A stretch of DNA of 64,000 nucleotides from Octopus sinensis. Lineage: Eukaryota. Positions 63,848 to 64,000 of this stretch are shown one piece after another. The first letter of the stretch is position 1. Each line of letters begins with the position of its first letter. The DNA lies in NCBI RefSeq assembly GCF_006345805.1, contig NC_043007.1:44082001-44146000 (forward strand), given 5' to 3'. The notes beneath the pieces were generated by a model that worked only from the letters and a program-made list of their open reading frames with translations, did no database searches and had not been told where the DNA came from. A program made the translations under genes and the position numbers.

Positions 63848-64000
63848 CTTTATACTTTTGTTATTATTCATAATCTTTTGTACAATCACATTATCCTCTT
63901 CTTTTTCCTTATCAAAAACTATCAATTTATCCATATTTCCAACAGCAAGTATTTTAGACTGGGCCAATACTGCTATTTTATCCATTTTCAACAGTTCTTG
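63848..64000 (-). CDS. Unidentified gene, internal exon (starts beyond the right edge)
   Basis: Open frame QELLKMDKIAVLAQSKILAVGNMDKLIVFDKEKEEDNVIVQKIMNNNKSIK followed by donor aag|gtaatg (phase 0). Confidence 0.65.

Overview
AT-rich, intron-rich eukaryotic (metazoan) genomic DNA. The repeat content (tRNA-derived SINEs, RTE-LINE tails ending in (GAT)n, long TA/TG microsatellites) points to an octopus or other coleoid cephalopod; this is an inference. I assembled four spliced genes by hand from GT-AG boundaries. (1) The 5' part of PUS10 is on the minus strand (exons 10251-10271, 6328-6462, 4659-4790, 2250-2336) and runs off the left edge. (2) A complete C1orf198/DUF4706 homolog is on the plus strand, head-to-head with PUS10 (10617-10889, 14971-15021, 16149-17105, 20881-20931; about 443 aa, ending GFDFLDDW). 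(3) A complete cornichon (CNIH1/2/3-type) gene is on the plus strand (32941-33021, 49621-49689, 50525-50637, 53806-53952, 57156-57183; 145 aa). (4) The 3' exons of an unidentified convergent minus-strand gene lie at the right edge and may encode a degenerate 3'-5' exonuclease fold. The rest is decayed mobile DNA: Penelope-like elements, Tc1/mariner, hAT, Helitron, RTE, Tx1/L1 and RLE-type LINEs, SINEs and MITEs. The most notable non-gene signals are hammerhead-ribozyme motifs at Penelope ends, long intronic inverted repeats (candidate ADAR or back-splicing substrates) and a hAT remnant resembling oomycete elements. No prokaryotic-type system (CRISPR, operon) is present. Most ORFs in the supplied track are microsatellite or TE artefacts.
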